DNA of 64,000 bases from NCBI GenBank assembly GCA_963701295.1, contig OY969585.1:928001-992000 (forward strand), read 5' to 3'. Made by a program: the position numbers and the translations under genes. Below are positions 11,573 to 21,507 of this stretch, piece by piece. How positions within the stretch are numbered: position 1 is the stretch's first letter; each line of letters begins with the position of its first letter. Source of the stretch: Ignavibacteriota bacterium. GTDB lineage: Bacteria; Bacteroidota; Ignavibacteria; UBA10030. The notes under the pieces were generated by a model that worked only from the letters and a program-made list of their open reading frames with translations, did no database searches and was not told the DNA's origin.

Positions 11573-13621
11573 ATGGAACAAAGCAGCACCGATAGTTCTT
11601 CAGATGTTGATCCCTCATCTATTAGCGATGATTCAGAAAAAAGATTTTTTACTAAAGTAAAACGTGCCATTCTCGGCGCACCGCGCAGTATTAAGGACCC
11701 GGGAGTTTTTCATCAAATTTCCCTCATCGCATTTCTTGCATGGGTTGGCTTAGGTGCAGACGGACTTTCTTCTTCGTCTTACGGACCGGATGAATCATTC
11801 CGAGCCCTAGAAGGCCATGCGTATCTTTGTATTGCATTGGCGTTAGCAACTGCCTTTACAGTGTTTATCATTTCTTATGCTTATTCCCGCATTATCGAAC
11901 ACTTTCCATACGGCGGCGGCGGTTACGTCGTTGCAAGCAGACTACTTGGAAAACATTTTGGCGTTGTTTCCGGATCTGCATTGTTAGTTGATTATGTTCT
12001 GACTATTTCAGTATCTGTTGCAAGCGGCTTGGATCAAATATTCAGCATTCTTCCACCATACTGGCTGCAGTATAAACTTATAGCAGTGGCACTAGTGATC
12101 GGCCTTTTGATGATTCTAAATCTGCGCGGAATTAAAGAGTCAGTAACTATTTTGATGCCTATCTTCTTAGTATTCCTTGTTACGCATGTCATTCTCATAT
12201 TTGGCGGTATCGGATTGCATCTCACCGAAGCAACACAAGTCGCCGGCACAATGCACACAGATTTTTCGAACGGATTGAAAACACTTGGACTTCTTGGCAT
12301 GGCAAGTTTATTTGCACGCGCGTATTCGATGGGTGCAGGAACATATACCGGTATAGAAGCCGTATCCAACGGCATCCAGATCATGCGAGAGCCAAAGATC
12401 GACACCGCCAAGCGTACAATGGCATATATGGCAATATCCCTTGCCGTAACGGCAGGTGGAATTCTGTTATGTTATCTTCTTTTCCATGTTCAACCGGAAC
12501 CCGGTAAAACAATGAATGCAGTTCTATTAAATCGCTTCGCCGGCGGCTGGGTCATTGGAAATATTCCTGTTGGATGGTGGTTCGTTGTTATTACGCTTGC
12601 GTCTGAAGCGGCTTTACTATTTGTTGCCGCCCAAACCGGATTTATCGACGGCCCGCGCGTCATGGGGAATATGGCAACAGACTCATGGCTACCGCGCAGG
12701 TTTGCTTCGCTTTCTGAGCGATTAACAATGCAAAATGGAGTGGCTCTCATTTCAGTTGCGGCTATTCTTACTTTGGTAGTTACCAAAGGCAATACATCTA
12801 CACTTGTGCTGATGTATTCGATTAATGTGTTTTTGACTTTTTCACTTTCGGAAATGGGAATGGTGAGATATTGGATCAAGAACCGCGAAAAATATCCCGA
12901 TTGGTCGAAACATATAATAATTCACTTAATCGGTCTTGTATTGTGTCTTTCAATTTTGACCGTGAGCATATTTGAAAAGTTCGCAGTCGGCGGGTGGGTA
13001 ACATTAGTCATTACAACCCTCCTTATTCTGCTCTGTCTCAGAGTCAAGCGCCACTATAACAAAGTCGGGGATCACCTTAAACGACTTGATGATGTTCTTA
13101 CGGATATTCCTACAATGGAAGGGTGGGTTCAGACAAAAACGATCCCAAACGCAAATACAGCCGTCCTCATGGTGAAGGAATACGGCGGATTGGGAATTCA
13201 TTCATTTCTTTCCATTCAGCGTCTTTTCCCGAACCACTTCAAAAATATGATTTTTATTTCTGTTGTGAGCCTAGATGCAAGCACTTTAAAAGGAAAGAAT
13301 GAATTGGACGAGATGAGAGAAGAGCAGAAAAAACATCTTGAAAAATACGTCAAGTTTGCAAATCAATTAGGGTTTAACTCTGATTACCGAATTGCTGAAG
13401 GAACCGACGTTATAGAAGAAATAGAAAAATTATCGGCGCAGGTTGCAAAAGAATTTCCACATTCCATTTTCTTCGCTGGCAAGCTGGTGTTTGAGCGTGA
13501 ACATTGGTACCAGCGGATTCTTCACAACGAAACGGCATATGCGATCCAGCGGCGCTTACAATTTGCGGCATTAAATTGTATGGTTTTGCCGGTTCGTGTC
13601 TTTGCCACAAACAAAGCATAA
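11573..13621 (+). CDS. KimA/YdaO-like APC-superfamily K+ importer
   Basis: KRAILGAP, ADGLSSSSYG, GGGGY, LLVDYVLT, TGIEAVSN parallel B. subtilis KimA motifs; multiple TM helices plus cytoplasmic C-terminal domain. Confidence 0.8.
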   Translation: MEQSSTDSSSDVDPSSISDDSEKRFFTKVKRAILGAPRSIKDPGVFHQISLIAFLAWVGLGADGLSSSSYGPDESFRALEGHAYLCIALALATAFTVFIISYAYSRIIEHFPYGGGGYVVASRLLGKHFGVVSGSALLVDYVLTISVSVASGLDQIFSILPPYWLQYKLIAVALVIGLLMILNLRGIKESVTILMPIFLVFLVTHVILIFGGIGLHLTEATQVAGTMHTDFSNGLKTLGLLGMASLFARAYSMGAGTYTGIEAVSNGIQIMREPKIDTAKRTMAYMAISLAVTAGGILLCYLLFHVQPEPGKTMNAVLLNRFAGGWVIGNIPVGWWFVVITLASEAALLFVAAQTGFIDGPRVMGNMATDSWLPRRFASLSERLTMQNGVALISVAAILTLVVTKGNTSTLVLMYSINVFLTFSLSEMGMVRYWIKNREKYPDWSKHIIIHLIGLVLCLSILTVSIFEKFAVGGWVTLVITTLLILLCLRVKRHYNKVGDHLKRLDDVLTDIPTMEGWVQTKTIPNANTAVLMVKEYGGLGIHSFLSIQRLFPNHFKNMIFISVVSLDASTLKGKNELDEMREEQKKHLEKYVKFANQLGFNSDYRIAEGTDVIEEIEKLSAQVAKEFPHSIFFAGKLVFEREHWYQRILHNETAYAIQRRLQFAALNCMVLPVRVFATNKA

Positions 13622-13644
13622 AAATTTCATTCCTTTGATAAAAG

Positions 13645-13678
13645 AAAGGAGCGGGGTTTCCCTTGCTCCTTTTTGTTT
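13645..13678 (+). terminator. Intrinsic terminator after KimA-like gene
   Basis: AAGGAGCGGGG-TTT-CCCTTGCTCCTT hairpin followed by T tract. Confidence 0.8.
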
Positions 13679-13749
13679 ATAATCCCACTAGTAATTAATC
13701 ATTCATTCCTTGCCATCGGGAACTATCCGTAGTATCTTGCTGTTAAATA

Positions 13750-13763
13750 CTTTGAATTTAAAG
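13750..13763. promoter_or_regulatory. Putative MarR autoregulatory operator
   Basis: Near-palindrome CTTTGAATTTAAAG overlapping the SD of the marR gene, just downstream of a TTGCCA...TATCTT promoter-like pair. Confidence 0.5.
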
Positions 13764-13771
13764 GAGAAGCA

Positions 13772-14230
13772 ATGAAAACAACGAAACAATACGGAAAGAA
13801 AATCGATCTTGCCCTTTCTCTATGGGTAAAATTGGTACGGGCGCACGCTACATTCAGCCATCTGACTGCTGCGAACATTCATACATTTAATCTCACACCG
13901 GCGCAATTTGGTGTTGTCGAATGCCTCGGCCATCTTGGACCGATGCTCATTGGCGATCTGACCAAAAAGCATCTTGTCAGTGGCGGCAATATGACTGTTG
14001 TCGTGGATAATCTGGAAAAAGAGGGAATCGTACGGCGATCCATCAGCAAAAAAGATAGGCGCGCATTTTATGTCCAATTAACGCTAAAAGGCAAACGCTT
14101 GTTTAACCAGATTTTTATCCAGCATGCGGAATACGTGGCAAAATTGGCATCCGTACTCACAGAAACTGAACAAACCGAACTTGGATCTCTCCTGAAAAAG
14201 CTCGGCACAGAATTAGGAGTTGTTAGCTAA
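13772..14230 (+). CDS. MarR family regulator, MhqR-like
   Basis: LTPAQFGV, GNMTVVVDNLEKEG, DRRAFYVQLT; resembles B. subtilis MhqR. Confidence 0.9.
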   Translation: MKTTKQYGKKIDLALSLWVKLVRAHATFSHLTAANIHTFNLTPAQFGVVECLGHLGPMLIGDLTKKHLVSGGNMTVVVDNLEKEGIVRRSISKKDRRAFYVQLTLKGKRLFNQIFIQHAEYVAKLASVLTETEQTELGSLLKKLGTELGVVS

Positions 14231-14247
14231 ATTTTTAATATCAGTAG

Positions 14248-14274
14248 TTGAAGTTTGAAACTTTTAAACTTCAA
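14248..14274. promoter_or_regulatory. Inverted repeat, putative operator
   Basis: TTGAAGTTT-N9-AAACTTCAA perfect 9-bp arms upstream of FMN reductase. Confidence 0.55.
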
Positions 14275-14308
14275 TCAGTGTTTTACATAGTATACAGAAG
14301 ACAGCAGC

Positions 14309-14899
14309 ATGACAATTCGACCGTTACATATTCTCGCGATCTCCGGCAGCTTGCGAACCGAATCGTTCAACCGGAAAGCACTTCAGATTTCTAAAAGGAT
14401 GGCATCTGAACAGGGCGCGGATGTCCAAGAGATGGATTTAAAAATACTTGCCTTGCCGGTATTCGATGAAGACCTGCGAGCACACGGATTTCCTGAATCT
14501 GTTGTAACACTTAAACAGGCAATTGAAGCGGCAGACGTTCTTCTAATCGCAACTCCTGAATATAATCACTCAATAGCTGGTCCATTAAAAAATGCCATTG
14601 ATTGGGCTTCTGATAAAACAAATCCTTTTTCAGGAAAAACAGCGGCTGTATTCGGTGCATCAAATGGTTTGAATGGCACACTTCGCGCACAGATCCATCT
14701 TCGACAAGTCTTAGCGGCATTGAATGTTGAAGTCGTGCCTCAGCCGCAAATATTTATTCGCTCAGCGCAGGAAGTCTTTTTGCCGGATGGTTCGCTGGTT
14801 GATTCGAAGCTTATGAATCAGTTGCACTTATTGATTCGGGAAACTCTTAAACTGGCCCTGCGTAAAAAAGAAAACAAAATAAATGTTCTCAACAAATAG
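14309..14899 (+). CDS. NADPH-dependent FMN reductase (ChrR/SsuE-like)
   Basis: ISGSLRTESFN, ATPEYNHSIAGPLKNAIDW. Confidence 0.92.
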   Translation: MTIRPLHILAISGSLRTESFNRKALQISKRMASEQGADVQEMDLKILALPVFDEDLRAHGFPESVVTLKQAIEAADVLLIATPEYNHSIAGPLKNAIDWASDKTNPFSGKTAAVFGASNGLNGTLRAQIHLRQVLAALNVEVVPQPQIFIRSAQEVFLPDGSLVDSKLMNQLHLLIRETLKLALRKKENKINVLNK

Positions 14900-14914
14900 A
14901 AAAGGAAATTCTTT

Positions 14915-15286
14915 ATGGAAACGGCACTTTTATACATCGGAAGGATAATATTCGGAGGTTATTTCATTTTTGGGGCCGTTAATCATTTTACAAAGCTTGA
15001 GATGATGTCTGGCTATGCAAAATCCAAAGGTGCTCCATCTCCAAGGTTATCCGTCGCTTTTTCAGGATTGCTCTTATTGATAGGCGGTGCAAGCGTGCTT
15101 TTTAATATATTTTCAACTATTGGATTTCTTTCACTCATCCTTTTTCTTGTTCCGGTTACATTAATTATGCATGCACCATGGAAAGTTGAGGATCCGCAAG
15201 CAAAAACGAGCGAAACAATAAACTTCATAAAAAATTTCGCTTTGGTCGGTGCAGTATTAATTCTCCTTGCATATACACTTGCATAA
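14915..15286 (+). CDS. DoxX family membrane protein
   Basis: GRIIFGGYFI..H, four TM segments, FIKNFALVGA. Confidence 0.88.
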   Translation: METALLYIGRIIFGGYFIFGAVNHFTKLEMMSGYAKSKGAPSPRLSVAFSGLLLLIGGASVLFNIFSTIGFLSLILFLVPVTLIMHAPWKVEDPQAKTSETINFIKNFALVGAVLILLAYTLA

Positions 15287-15338
15287 AAAAATTTAAGGCG
15301 CAACATGACAAGTGCAATCGTAAAAAAGGTTATTATCT

Positions 15339-15635
15339 ATGAATGAATACATGATCATCGTTAAATTTATCGTAGCGGTTAACGAAGAATTTGCATCTCT
15401 CATTCCGAGTCAGCGGACCGAGGTGAGCCGGTTGATGGAAAAAGGGATTCTGACAAGTTATAGTTTGTCATCGGATCGTGAGACATTATGGATAACACTC
15501 CTTGCAACATCGTCGGAGGCTGTTGAGACAACGCTCAAGATGATGCCATTATACAAATTTATGCAGTACGAAATTGTCGAATTGATGTTCCATAATAATC
15601 CAGTCTATACACCGATGCATTTTTCTATGAACTAA
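15339..15635 (+). CDS. Muconolactone delta-isomerase-like small protein
   Basis: LIPSQR..V..LMEKG....YSLS.DR..LW..MPL pattern recalled for this Bacteroidota family. Confidence 0.6.
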   Translation: MNEYMIIVKFIVAVNEEFASLIPSQRTEVSRLMEKGILTSYSLSSDRETLWITLLATSSEAVETTLKMMPLYKFMQYEIVELMFHNNPVYTPMHFSMN

Positions 15636-15696
15636 CTATTCACAAAACTTTAAAAGTATTTCAACCCAATCAATCATTTATTATAGAGGTTCTGCC

Positions 15697-16275
15697 ATGA
15701 AAAGAGTAGTAGTTGTTTTTATTGCCATCTTAGTTGTGACTGCACTTGTAACAGCACAATCTGAGTGGAAGTTTGACAAAGTCCATTCCAGTGTCACGTT
15801 TAGCGTGAAGCATATGGTCATTTCCAATGTATCGGGTAACTTTAAGGATTTTTCGGTTGTCCTGAAATCCGAGAAAGATGACTTCTCAGACGCGACGGTA
15901 GAAGGTACAATTCAAGTTGCAAGCATCAGCACAGACAACGATTATCGGGATAAGCACTTGAAGTCGGATGATTTTTTCAATGCCGAAAAATTTCCGGAGA
16001 TCAAATTCAAGAGCACAAAATTTGAAAAACTCAGCGATAACAAATATAAAATCACCGGTGATCTCACGATGCGCGATGTGACAAAGGAAGTAACCTTCGA
16101 TGCGGTCTTAAACGGAACACTCAAAACAGATAAAGGTTTGCTCTCGGCGTGGAAAGCAACAACGACGATAAACAGGTTTGACTATAATCTAAAATGGAAT
16201 AAAACCATCGAAACTGGCGGTCTTATGGTTGGGCAAGATGTTACGATAACACTCAATTTAGAACTGAACAAGTAG
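15697..16275 (+). CDS. YceI family lipid/polyisoprenoid-binding protein
   Basis: Signal peptide, WKFDKVHSSVTFSVKHM, RDKHLKSDDFF, GDLTMRDVTKEV. Confidence 0.95.
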   Translation: MKRVVVVFIAILVVTALVTAQSEWKFDKVHSSVTFSVKHMVISNVSGNFKDFSVVLKSEKDDFSDATVEGTIQVASISTDNDYRDKHLKSDDFFNAEKFPEIKFKSTKFEKLSDNKYKITGDLTMRDVTKEVTFDAVLNGTLKTDKGLLSAWKATTTINRFDYNLKWNKTIETGGLMVGQDVTITLNLELNK

Positions 16276-16292
16276 TACCCTCGCCTCACAAT

Positions 16293-16345
16293 GATGGAGT
16301 CCGCCTTTACCTCGTTAGGCGCGGGCTCCATCTCTTTCCTTTCTA
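16293..16345 (+). terminator. Probable terminator after yceI-like gene
   Basis: GATGGAGTCCGC...GCGGGCTCCATC stem followed by pyrimidine tract. Confidence 0.6.
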
Positions 16346-16568
16346 TTCTATCATAAATATCCGAAAGAACTCCTTTTCTCTGTAACCGATAAAACGCCTT
16401 AAACCAATCGGCGGGGTATTGGATCCAAAATGGATAAAAGAAAAGGATATGAGGGGTTGCTATTGCTGTAGCCAATGGTTAATTTCTTCGCAGAGTGTCA
16501 TCGGAAGATTTTATCCCAAAAAGACAATCTTCAAGTGTTTTTCTTGAAGAGAATAAAGGAACTTTGCG

Positions 16569-17678
16569 ATGAAGCGCCTAACGATTAAACGAATTGCTAT
16601 TACTACAGGCGGCGGCGACGCTCCGGGACTCAATGCAGTAATCCGTGCAGTGGTGGTTTCTACAGTCAATCGCGGGTGGGAATGTTTCGGTATTCGCGAT
16701 GGTTACAATGGACTACTGGAACCAAAAAAATATCCCGAAGGTGGGCTAATTCCTTTGCCCAAATCGAAAGTACGAGGCATTACCCACCTTGGCGGAACAA
16801 TTCTTGGCACCACCAACAAAGGCAATCCGTTGCAATGGCCAATGAAAGGAAAAGACGGCAAGCTTCATGAAACCGATCGCACCGACGAACTGCTGAAAGC
16901 ATTCAAAAAAAACAAGATCGATGCGCTTGTTGCCGTCGGTGGTGATGGTTCTCTTGGAATCGCAAATATTCTGGCACAAAAAGGATTGCGCGTGGTCGGC
17001 GTACCTAAGACTATTGACAATGATCTTGATAAAACCGTCATAACATTTGGATTTGATACAGCAGTATCTTTTGCCACAACGTGCATCGACCGCCTGCACA
17101 CAACAGCAGAATCGCATCAACGTGTCATGGTAGTGGAAGTAATGGGTCGATATGCCGGTTGGATCGCATTGGAAAGCGGTGTCTCCAGTACGGCGGATGT
17201 TATTCTCATTCCGGAAATTCCATACGATATTCACAAGATTGCAGAGAAAATTGAAGAGCGTGAAAAGTCCGGTGCAAAATTTTCTATTGTTGTAGTTGCA
17301 GAAGGAGCTAAACCAAAAGGTGGATCATTTTCTGTGGTCTCGAAAGAAATCGGGCGGGCTGAAAAGCTTGGCGGTGCCGGTGAGCGCGTCGCAAAAGAGA
17401 TTTATGAGATTACAGGCAAAGAGACACGTTGTGTGGTGCTGGGTCATTTGCTCCGCGGTGGAACTCCAACAACGTTCGATCGTCTTATTTCACTTCGCTT
17501 TGGAGCTGCTGCAGTGCGCGCTCTGGCGGAAGGACAAAACGGTGTCATGGTCGCACTCGATCCGCCAACGGTTCGCTATGTACCATTGGCCGAAGCCACT
17601 AACCGAATGAAAACTGTTCCGATCAATTGTGATATTATTATGACTGCGCGTGATTTAGGAGTCAGTTTTGGAGATTGA
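16569..17678 (+). CDS. pfkA: 6-phosphofructokinase (group III type)
   Basis: TGGGDAPGLN, GGDGS, PKTIDND, EVMGRYAGW. Confidence 0.93.
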   Translation: MKRLTIKRIAITTGGGDAPGLNAVIRAVVVSTVNRGWECFGIRDGYNGLLEPKKYPEGGLIPLPKSKVRGITHLGGTILGTTNKGNPLQWPMKGKDGKLHETDRTDELLKAFKKNKIDALVAVGGDGSLGIANILAQKGLRVVGVPKTIDNDLDKTVITFGFDTAVSFATTCIDRLHTTAESHQRVMVVEVMGRYAGWIALESGVSSTADVILIPEIPYDIHKIAEKIEEREKSGAKFSIVVVAEGAKPKGGSFSVVSKEIGRAEKLGGAGERVAKEIYEITGKETRCVVLGHLLRGGTPTTFDRLISLRFGAAAVRALAEGQNGVMVALDPPTVRYVPLAEATNRMKTVPINCDIIMTARDLGVSFGD

Positions 17679-17784
17679 ATGCTAAAGTGCAAACAATAAA
17701 TCCCAAAAAACAAAACAAACATTTTTCATATTTTCCATTCGGTATAAATCAGAGAGCCATCAAGCAATTATCGGAGATACTACA

Positions 17785-19362
17785 ATGACGACGCCAACAG
17801 ACAATGCCCGTCCAGAACGTACACAGGCAGATATCATATATGAACAGGCGATCTTGTTGGATTCTGCACTCGATCCCATTATCGTGCGAGATCTAAACGA
17901 TAATCTCGTTTTCTGGAATAAAGCAGCAGAGCATTTGTATGGTTGGACGTTCGAAGAGGCAAAGTCATTGCAAATTCATCAACTGATTGCGATGGAGGAT
18001 CACTCAAAATATGAGCGGGGAAGAAAAGAATTTGCAGAGAAAGGGGAATGTGCGATCGAGCTGCGCCAAAAAGCAAAAAACGGTCGGACAATTATAACAC
18101 ATTCCCGATGGTCTGTTGCACGAAACAGAGATGGAAATCCTTATGGCCGGCTCATTATTACGCGCGATATTACAGAACAGCGGAATCTTGAAGCTCAACT
18201 TCGCCGTGCACAGCGCATGGAAAGCTTGGGAACGCTGGCAGGCGGCATTGCGCATGATCTCAATAATGTGCTGGCACCGATTCTTATGTCCGTCCAAATA
18301 TTGAATACGAAAATTACTGACCCAAATCTAAAAAAACTCATTGCAGCACTTGAAACCAGCACGAAGCGTGGCAGCGATATTATTAAACAAGTGCTAACCT
18401 TTGCGCGAGGTACTGAAAAAGATTTTGCACCTCAACAATTACGATATATTATATCGGAAATCGAAGCCATTATTAGACAAACATTCCCTAAGAATATCCA
18501 ACTCCGCACCGGAGTTTCAAAAGATCTTTCACTGGTGTTAGGTGATGCAACCCAATTGAATCAAGTACTGATGAATCTCTGCATTAATGCGCGCGATGCC
18601 ATGCCTGAAGGCGGTCGTTTAACTGTGACTGCTGAAGATATGTACATGGACGAAAGTTATGCCCATTTGATACTTGATGCCCACCCGGGTCAATATGTTA
18701 TGCTCACTGTTGCGGATACTGGAACGGGAATTCCCTTAGATGTACAGGAAAAGGTTTTTGAGCCATTCTTTACGACAAAGGAGAGAGGGAAAGGTACGGG
18801 ACTTGGTTTGTCTTCCGTCTATACTATTGTGAAATCACACAATGGACTTATTAAATTGTACAGCGAGTATGGCAAAGGGACGGAACTTAAGATCTTTCTG
18901 CCTGCGACCCAACAGAAAGAACGAAAGCTCGAGTCTGCCTCAGATAAAGAACTCTTGAGGGGCCACGGAGAACGTATTCTTGTTATTGACGATGAACTCT
19001 TCGTATTACAGATATCGAAAGAAGTATTGGAGGTTCAAGGGTATAGTGTAGTCACAGCAATGGATGGAGCGGAAGCGACCGCTCTTTATGCCAGCGCAGA
19101 AAAAGGCTCTATTCAGCTTGTTATAACCGATATGAACATGCCGCTCATGGACGGTTCATCGACTATCAGAGCGCTGAGAAGGCTTGATCCGGATCTCAAG
19201 ATTGTTGTGTCCAGCGGCCTTTTAACCAATGTGAATTCCGCAGGATTGGGGGGTCTCGATACTCAAGGGTATCTTACAAAACCTTATACAGCCGAACAGC
19301 TTCTTTTTATGGTGCAGAAAGTTTTAAATGAAAAAAACAGTACAGAACCAAATAAGAGTTGA
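17785..19362 (+). CDS. Hybrid sensor kinase PAS-HisKA-HATPase-REC
   Basis: PAS ([12 protein letters not shown]), [24 protein letters not shown]-terminal receiver domain. Confidence 0.93.
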   Translation: MTTPTDNARPERTQADIIYEQAILLDSALDPIIVRDLNDNLVFWNKAAEHLYGWTFEEAKSLQIHQLIAMEDHSKYERGRKEFAEKGECAIELRQKAKNGRTIITHSRWSVARNRDGNPYGRLIITRDITEQRNLEAQLRRAQRMESLGTLAGGIAHDLNNVLAPILMSVQILNTKITDPNLKKLIAALETSTKRGSDIIKQVLTFARGTEKDFAPQQLRYIISEIEAIIRQTFPKNIQLRTGVSKDLSLVLGDATQLNQVLMNLCINARDAMPEGGRLTVTAEDMYMDESYAHLILDAHPGQYVMLTVADTGTGIPLDVQEKVFEPFFTTKERGKGTGLGLSSVYTIVKSHNGLIKLYSEYGKGTELKIFLPATQQKERKLESASDKELLRGHGERILVIDDELFVLQISKEVLEVQGYSVVTAMDGAEATALYASAEKGSIQLVITDMNMPLMDGSSTIRALRRLDPDLKIVVSSGLLTNVNSAGLGGLDTQGYLTKPYTAEQLLFMVQKVLNEKNSTEPNKS

Positions 19363-19419
19363 TATCTTCAAATGTCACAAACCTTTCATAAGAATCAGAA
19401 TGAATATGTAAGGACAACA

Positions 19420-19908
19420 ATGCCGTTAAGAATTTTTATTACAGGCGGAACATTTGACAAAGAATATAATGAGCTGGATGGTAAGCTATTCTTTAAAGAT
19501 ACGCACTTACCGGAAATGCTGAAACTTGGCAGATGCAAAGTTCCAGTGGAGATTCGAACGCTGATGCTGGTAGATAGTCTTGAAATGACCGATACGGATC
19601 GTCAGATCATTGTGGAACAATGCCGAAAATGTAAAGAAGATCGAATTGTCATTACACATGGTACCGACACGATGGAAGAGACAGCAAGGGTTCTTGGTAA
19701 GAGTATCACGGATAAAACCGTTATTCTCACTGGTGCAATGGTCCCGTATAAATTTGGCAGTTCGGATGGACTATTTAATCTTGGCAGTGCGCTCGCATTT
19801 GCCGAGACACTTCCACACGGCGTCTATGTCGCAATGAATGGTCGCTGTTTTATGTGGGATAATGTGAAGAAGAACAAGAAGACCGGTGAGTTTGAAGAAC
19901 TTCGCTAA
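19420..19908 (+). CDS. Short single-domain L-asparaginase
   Basis: ITGGTFDK, ITHGTDTM, LTGAM motifs; no C-terminal domain. Confidence 0.88.
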   Translation: MPLRIFITGGTFDKEYNELDGKLFFKDTHLPEMLKLGRCKVPVEIRTLMLVDSLEMTDTDRQIIVEQCRKCKEDRIVITHGTDTMEETARVLGKSITDKTVILTGAMVPYKFGSSDGLFNLGSALAFAETLPHGVYVAMNGRCFMWDNVKKNKKTGEFEELR

Positions 19909-19930
19909 GGTAATTAAAATGAAGTGAAAT

Positions 19931-19955
19931 AGCCCGAGTTATTCGGGCTTTTTTT
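19931..19955. terminator. Terminator between asparaginase gene and convergent tRNA
   Basis: AGCCCGA-GTTAT-TCGGGCT followed by T run. Confidence 0.75.
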
Positions 19956-19957
19956 AT

Positions 19958-20035
19958 TGGTGGACGCTGTAGGGATCGAACCTACGACCTCCGCCTTGTA
20001 AGGGCGGCGCTCTGAACCAGCTGAGCTAAGCGTCC
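19958..20035 (-). tRNA. tRNA-Val (anticodon TAC)
   Basis: GGACGCT acceptor stem, AGCTCAGCTGG D arm, CCGCC-CTTACAA-GGCGG anticodon arm, GGTTCGATCC T loop, encoded CCA. Confidence 0.97.
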
Positions 20036-20265
20036 GATGATTTGTTTTAAAATTTACGCAATCTTGTCCCCTATTGCAAATTTTGATTTTTTCTTCAACT
20101 TAACAATTTACGTTGTGAGAGTTGCACAACCTGTCATGTCTGTCGCAGCCCTTAATCGATGGAGTTGCCTTTGTACTCTGCCTTTCTTACTTTACATGCG
20201 CCTTGCAGAGAGTGCTTGCCCGAATGAATAGCATACTTGTATTAAGATAAGAAAAGGAAATACAC

Positions 20266-20670
20266 ATGAACCAAACACAGAACGATGAAACCGGATTATC
20301 TACGAAGATGGCGTTATGTCTTGCGGCAATGACGCTTGTAGGGATTGATGGAGAGTTTACAAAAGAGGAGTTGGAGAAACTCCGGACTCTTATTCATTCC
20401 GATGAAACTGCTTTTCTCAGAGCCTTTAGTTTTTATAACGAACGCCCTCTTGAAGTCTGTATGAAAGTCGTGGCAGCACGGTTGAACGAAGAACAAAAAC
20501 AGATAGCGTATCGCGTTTTATACGATCTTGCGCACGCGGATCAAGACCTTGCGAAGAGTGAGGAAGATCTCTTACAACAGTACGCAGCTGCATTCGGACT
20601 CGCTACTAATTTTATTGCATGGGTAAAGACCAAAAAAGATAAAAATTATGATTTAGCATTGTTTGAATAA
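20266..20670 (+). CDS. TerB-like (tellurite resistance B fold) protein
   Basis: IDGEFTKEE and LAHADQDLAKSEEDLL motifs. Confidence 0.7.
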   Translation: MNQTQNDETGLSTKMALCLAAMTLVGIDGEFTKEELEKLRTLIHSDETAFLRAFSFYNERPLEVCMKVVAARLNEEQKQIAYRVLYDLAHADQDLAKSEEDLLQQYAAAFGLATNFIAWVKTKKDKNYDLALFE

Positions 20671-20839
20671 CTCGCTTTCTGCATAATTTGAGACGATCCT
20701 TAATCCAAAAAACAAATAACCCCATATGGCATCTATCCCAATTAAACCTGCGTAAAAACGACATGTGTCATGATTGAATAGTTAAAGACAGTTCCTGAAC
20801 ACCGATTTTAGAAGCAAGTAGTAAAAAAATGTTAACACA

Positions 20840-21478
20840 ATGAAAGAACAACCAATACACACATTCATCGATCTCTCGCATCCTATCATTGACCGCATGC
20901 CAGTGTATCCAGGCGATGAATCGGCGCGACTTGAAAAGATCAACGACTTTGCGCGGGATGGATTCAACAATTTCTGCTTTACAAGCGGCATGCATACAAG
21001 CACACACATCGACGGGCCGATGCACATGACGGAATCTGACCGATTCATCGATGAACTTCCTTTGGATGGGTTTATAGGAGCAGGGTGCTTCTTGAATGCC
21101 GTCAGGATGAAGGTTATTCCATGTACTTCGGAGTTTACATCTGTAATTGTCCCGGAATGCATTGTCCTCATCTATACTGGATTCGGGAAACAATTTGGCA
21201 GCAAAGAATATTACAATGATCATCCTGTCATCAGCATGGAATTGGCGCAATTTCTTGTCGAGCAGAGGACCAAAATGATCTGTCTCGATACGCCGTCACC
21301 CGACAAGCATCCTTACGATATCCATACGTATCTTCTGAAGAATAACGTTCTTATCGCTGAAAATTTGACCGGCATGGAAAAACTTCTGACAGTCAAGAAG
21401 TTCGAAATCATAGCATTTCCATTGCGAATTCATGCCGATAGTTCGCCAGCGAGAATTGTTGCACGAATATTAGAGTGA
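20840..21478 (+). CDS. Cyclase family protein (kynurenine formamidase-like)
   Basis: DLSHPI..MPVYPGD, HTSTHIDGPMH, DTPSPD, ENL. Confidence 0.92.
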   Translation: MKEQPIHTFIDLSHPIIDRMPVYPGDESARLEKINDFARDGFNNFCFTSGMHTSTHIDGPMHMTESDRFIDELPLDGFIGAGCFLNAVRMKVIPCTSEFTSVIVPECIVLIYTGFGKQFGSKEYYNDHPVISMELAQFLVEQRTKMICLDTPSPDKHPYDIHTYLLKNNVLIAENLTGMEKLLTVKKFEIIAFPLRIHADSSPARIVARILE

Positions 21479-21507
21479 ACCTATAGACAGCAGCACACAA
21501 TCGCGCA

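Noticed and set aside
16291-16332. Fluoride riboswitch (GATGGAGTCCGCC; similar GATGGAGTTGCC near 20158)
   Set aside because: Lacks the 5' GGCG of P1 and the GCTGATGAC element; the first site is better explained as a terminator
1740-20035. Genomic island integrated at tRNA-Val
   Set aside because: No integrase and no duplicated tRNA 3' end (att site) found by eye
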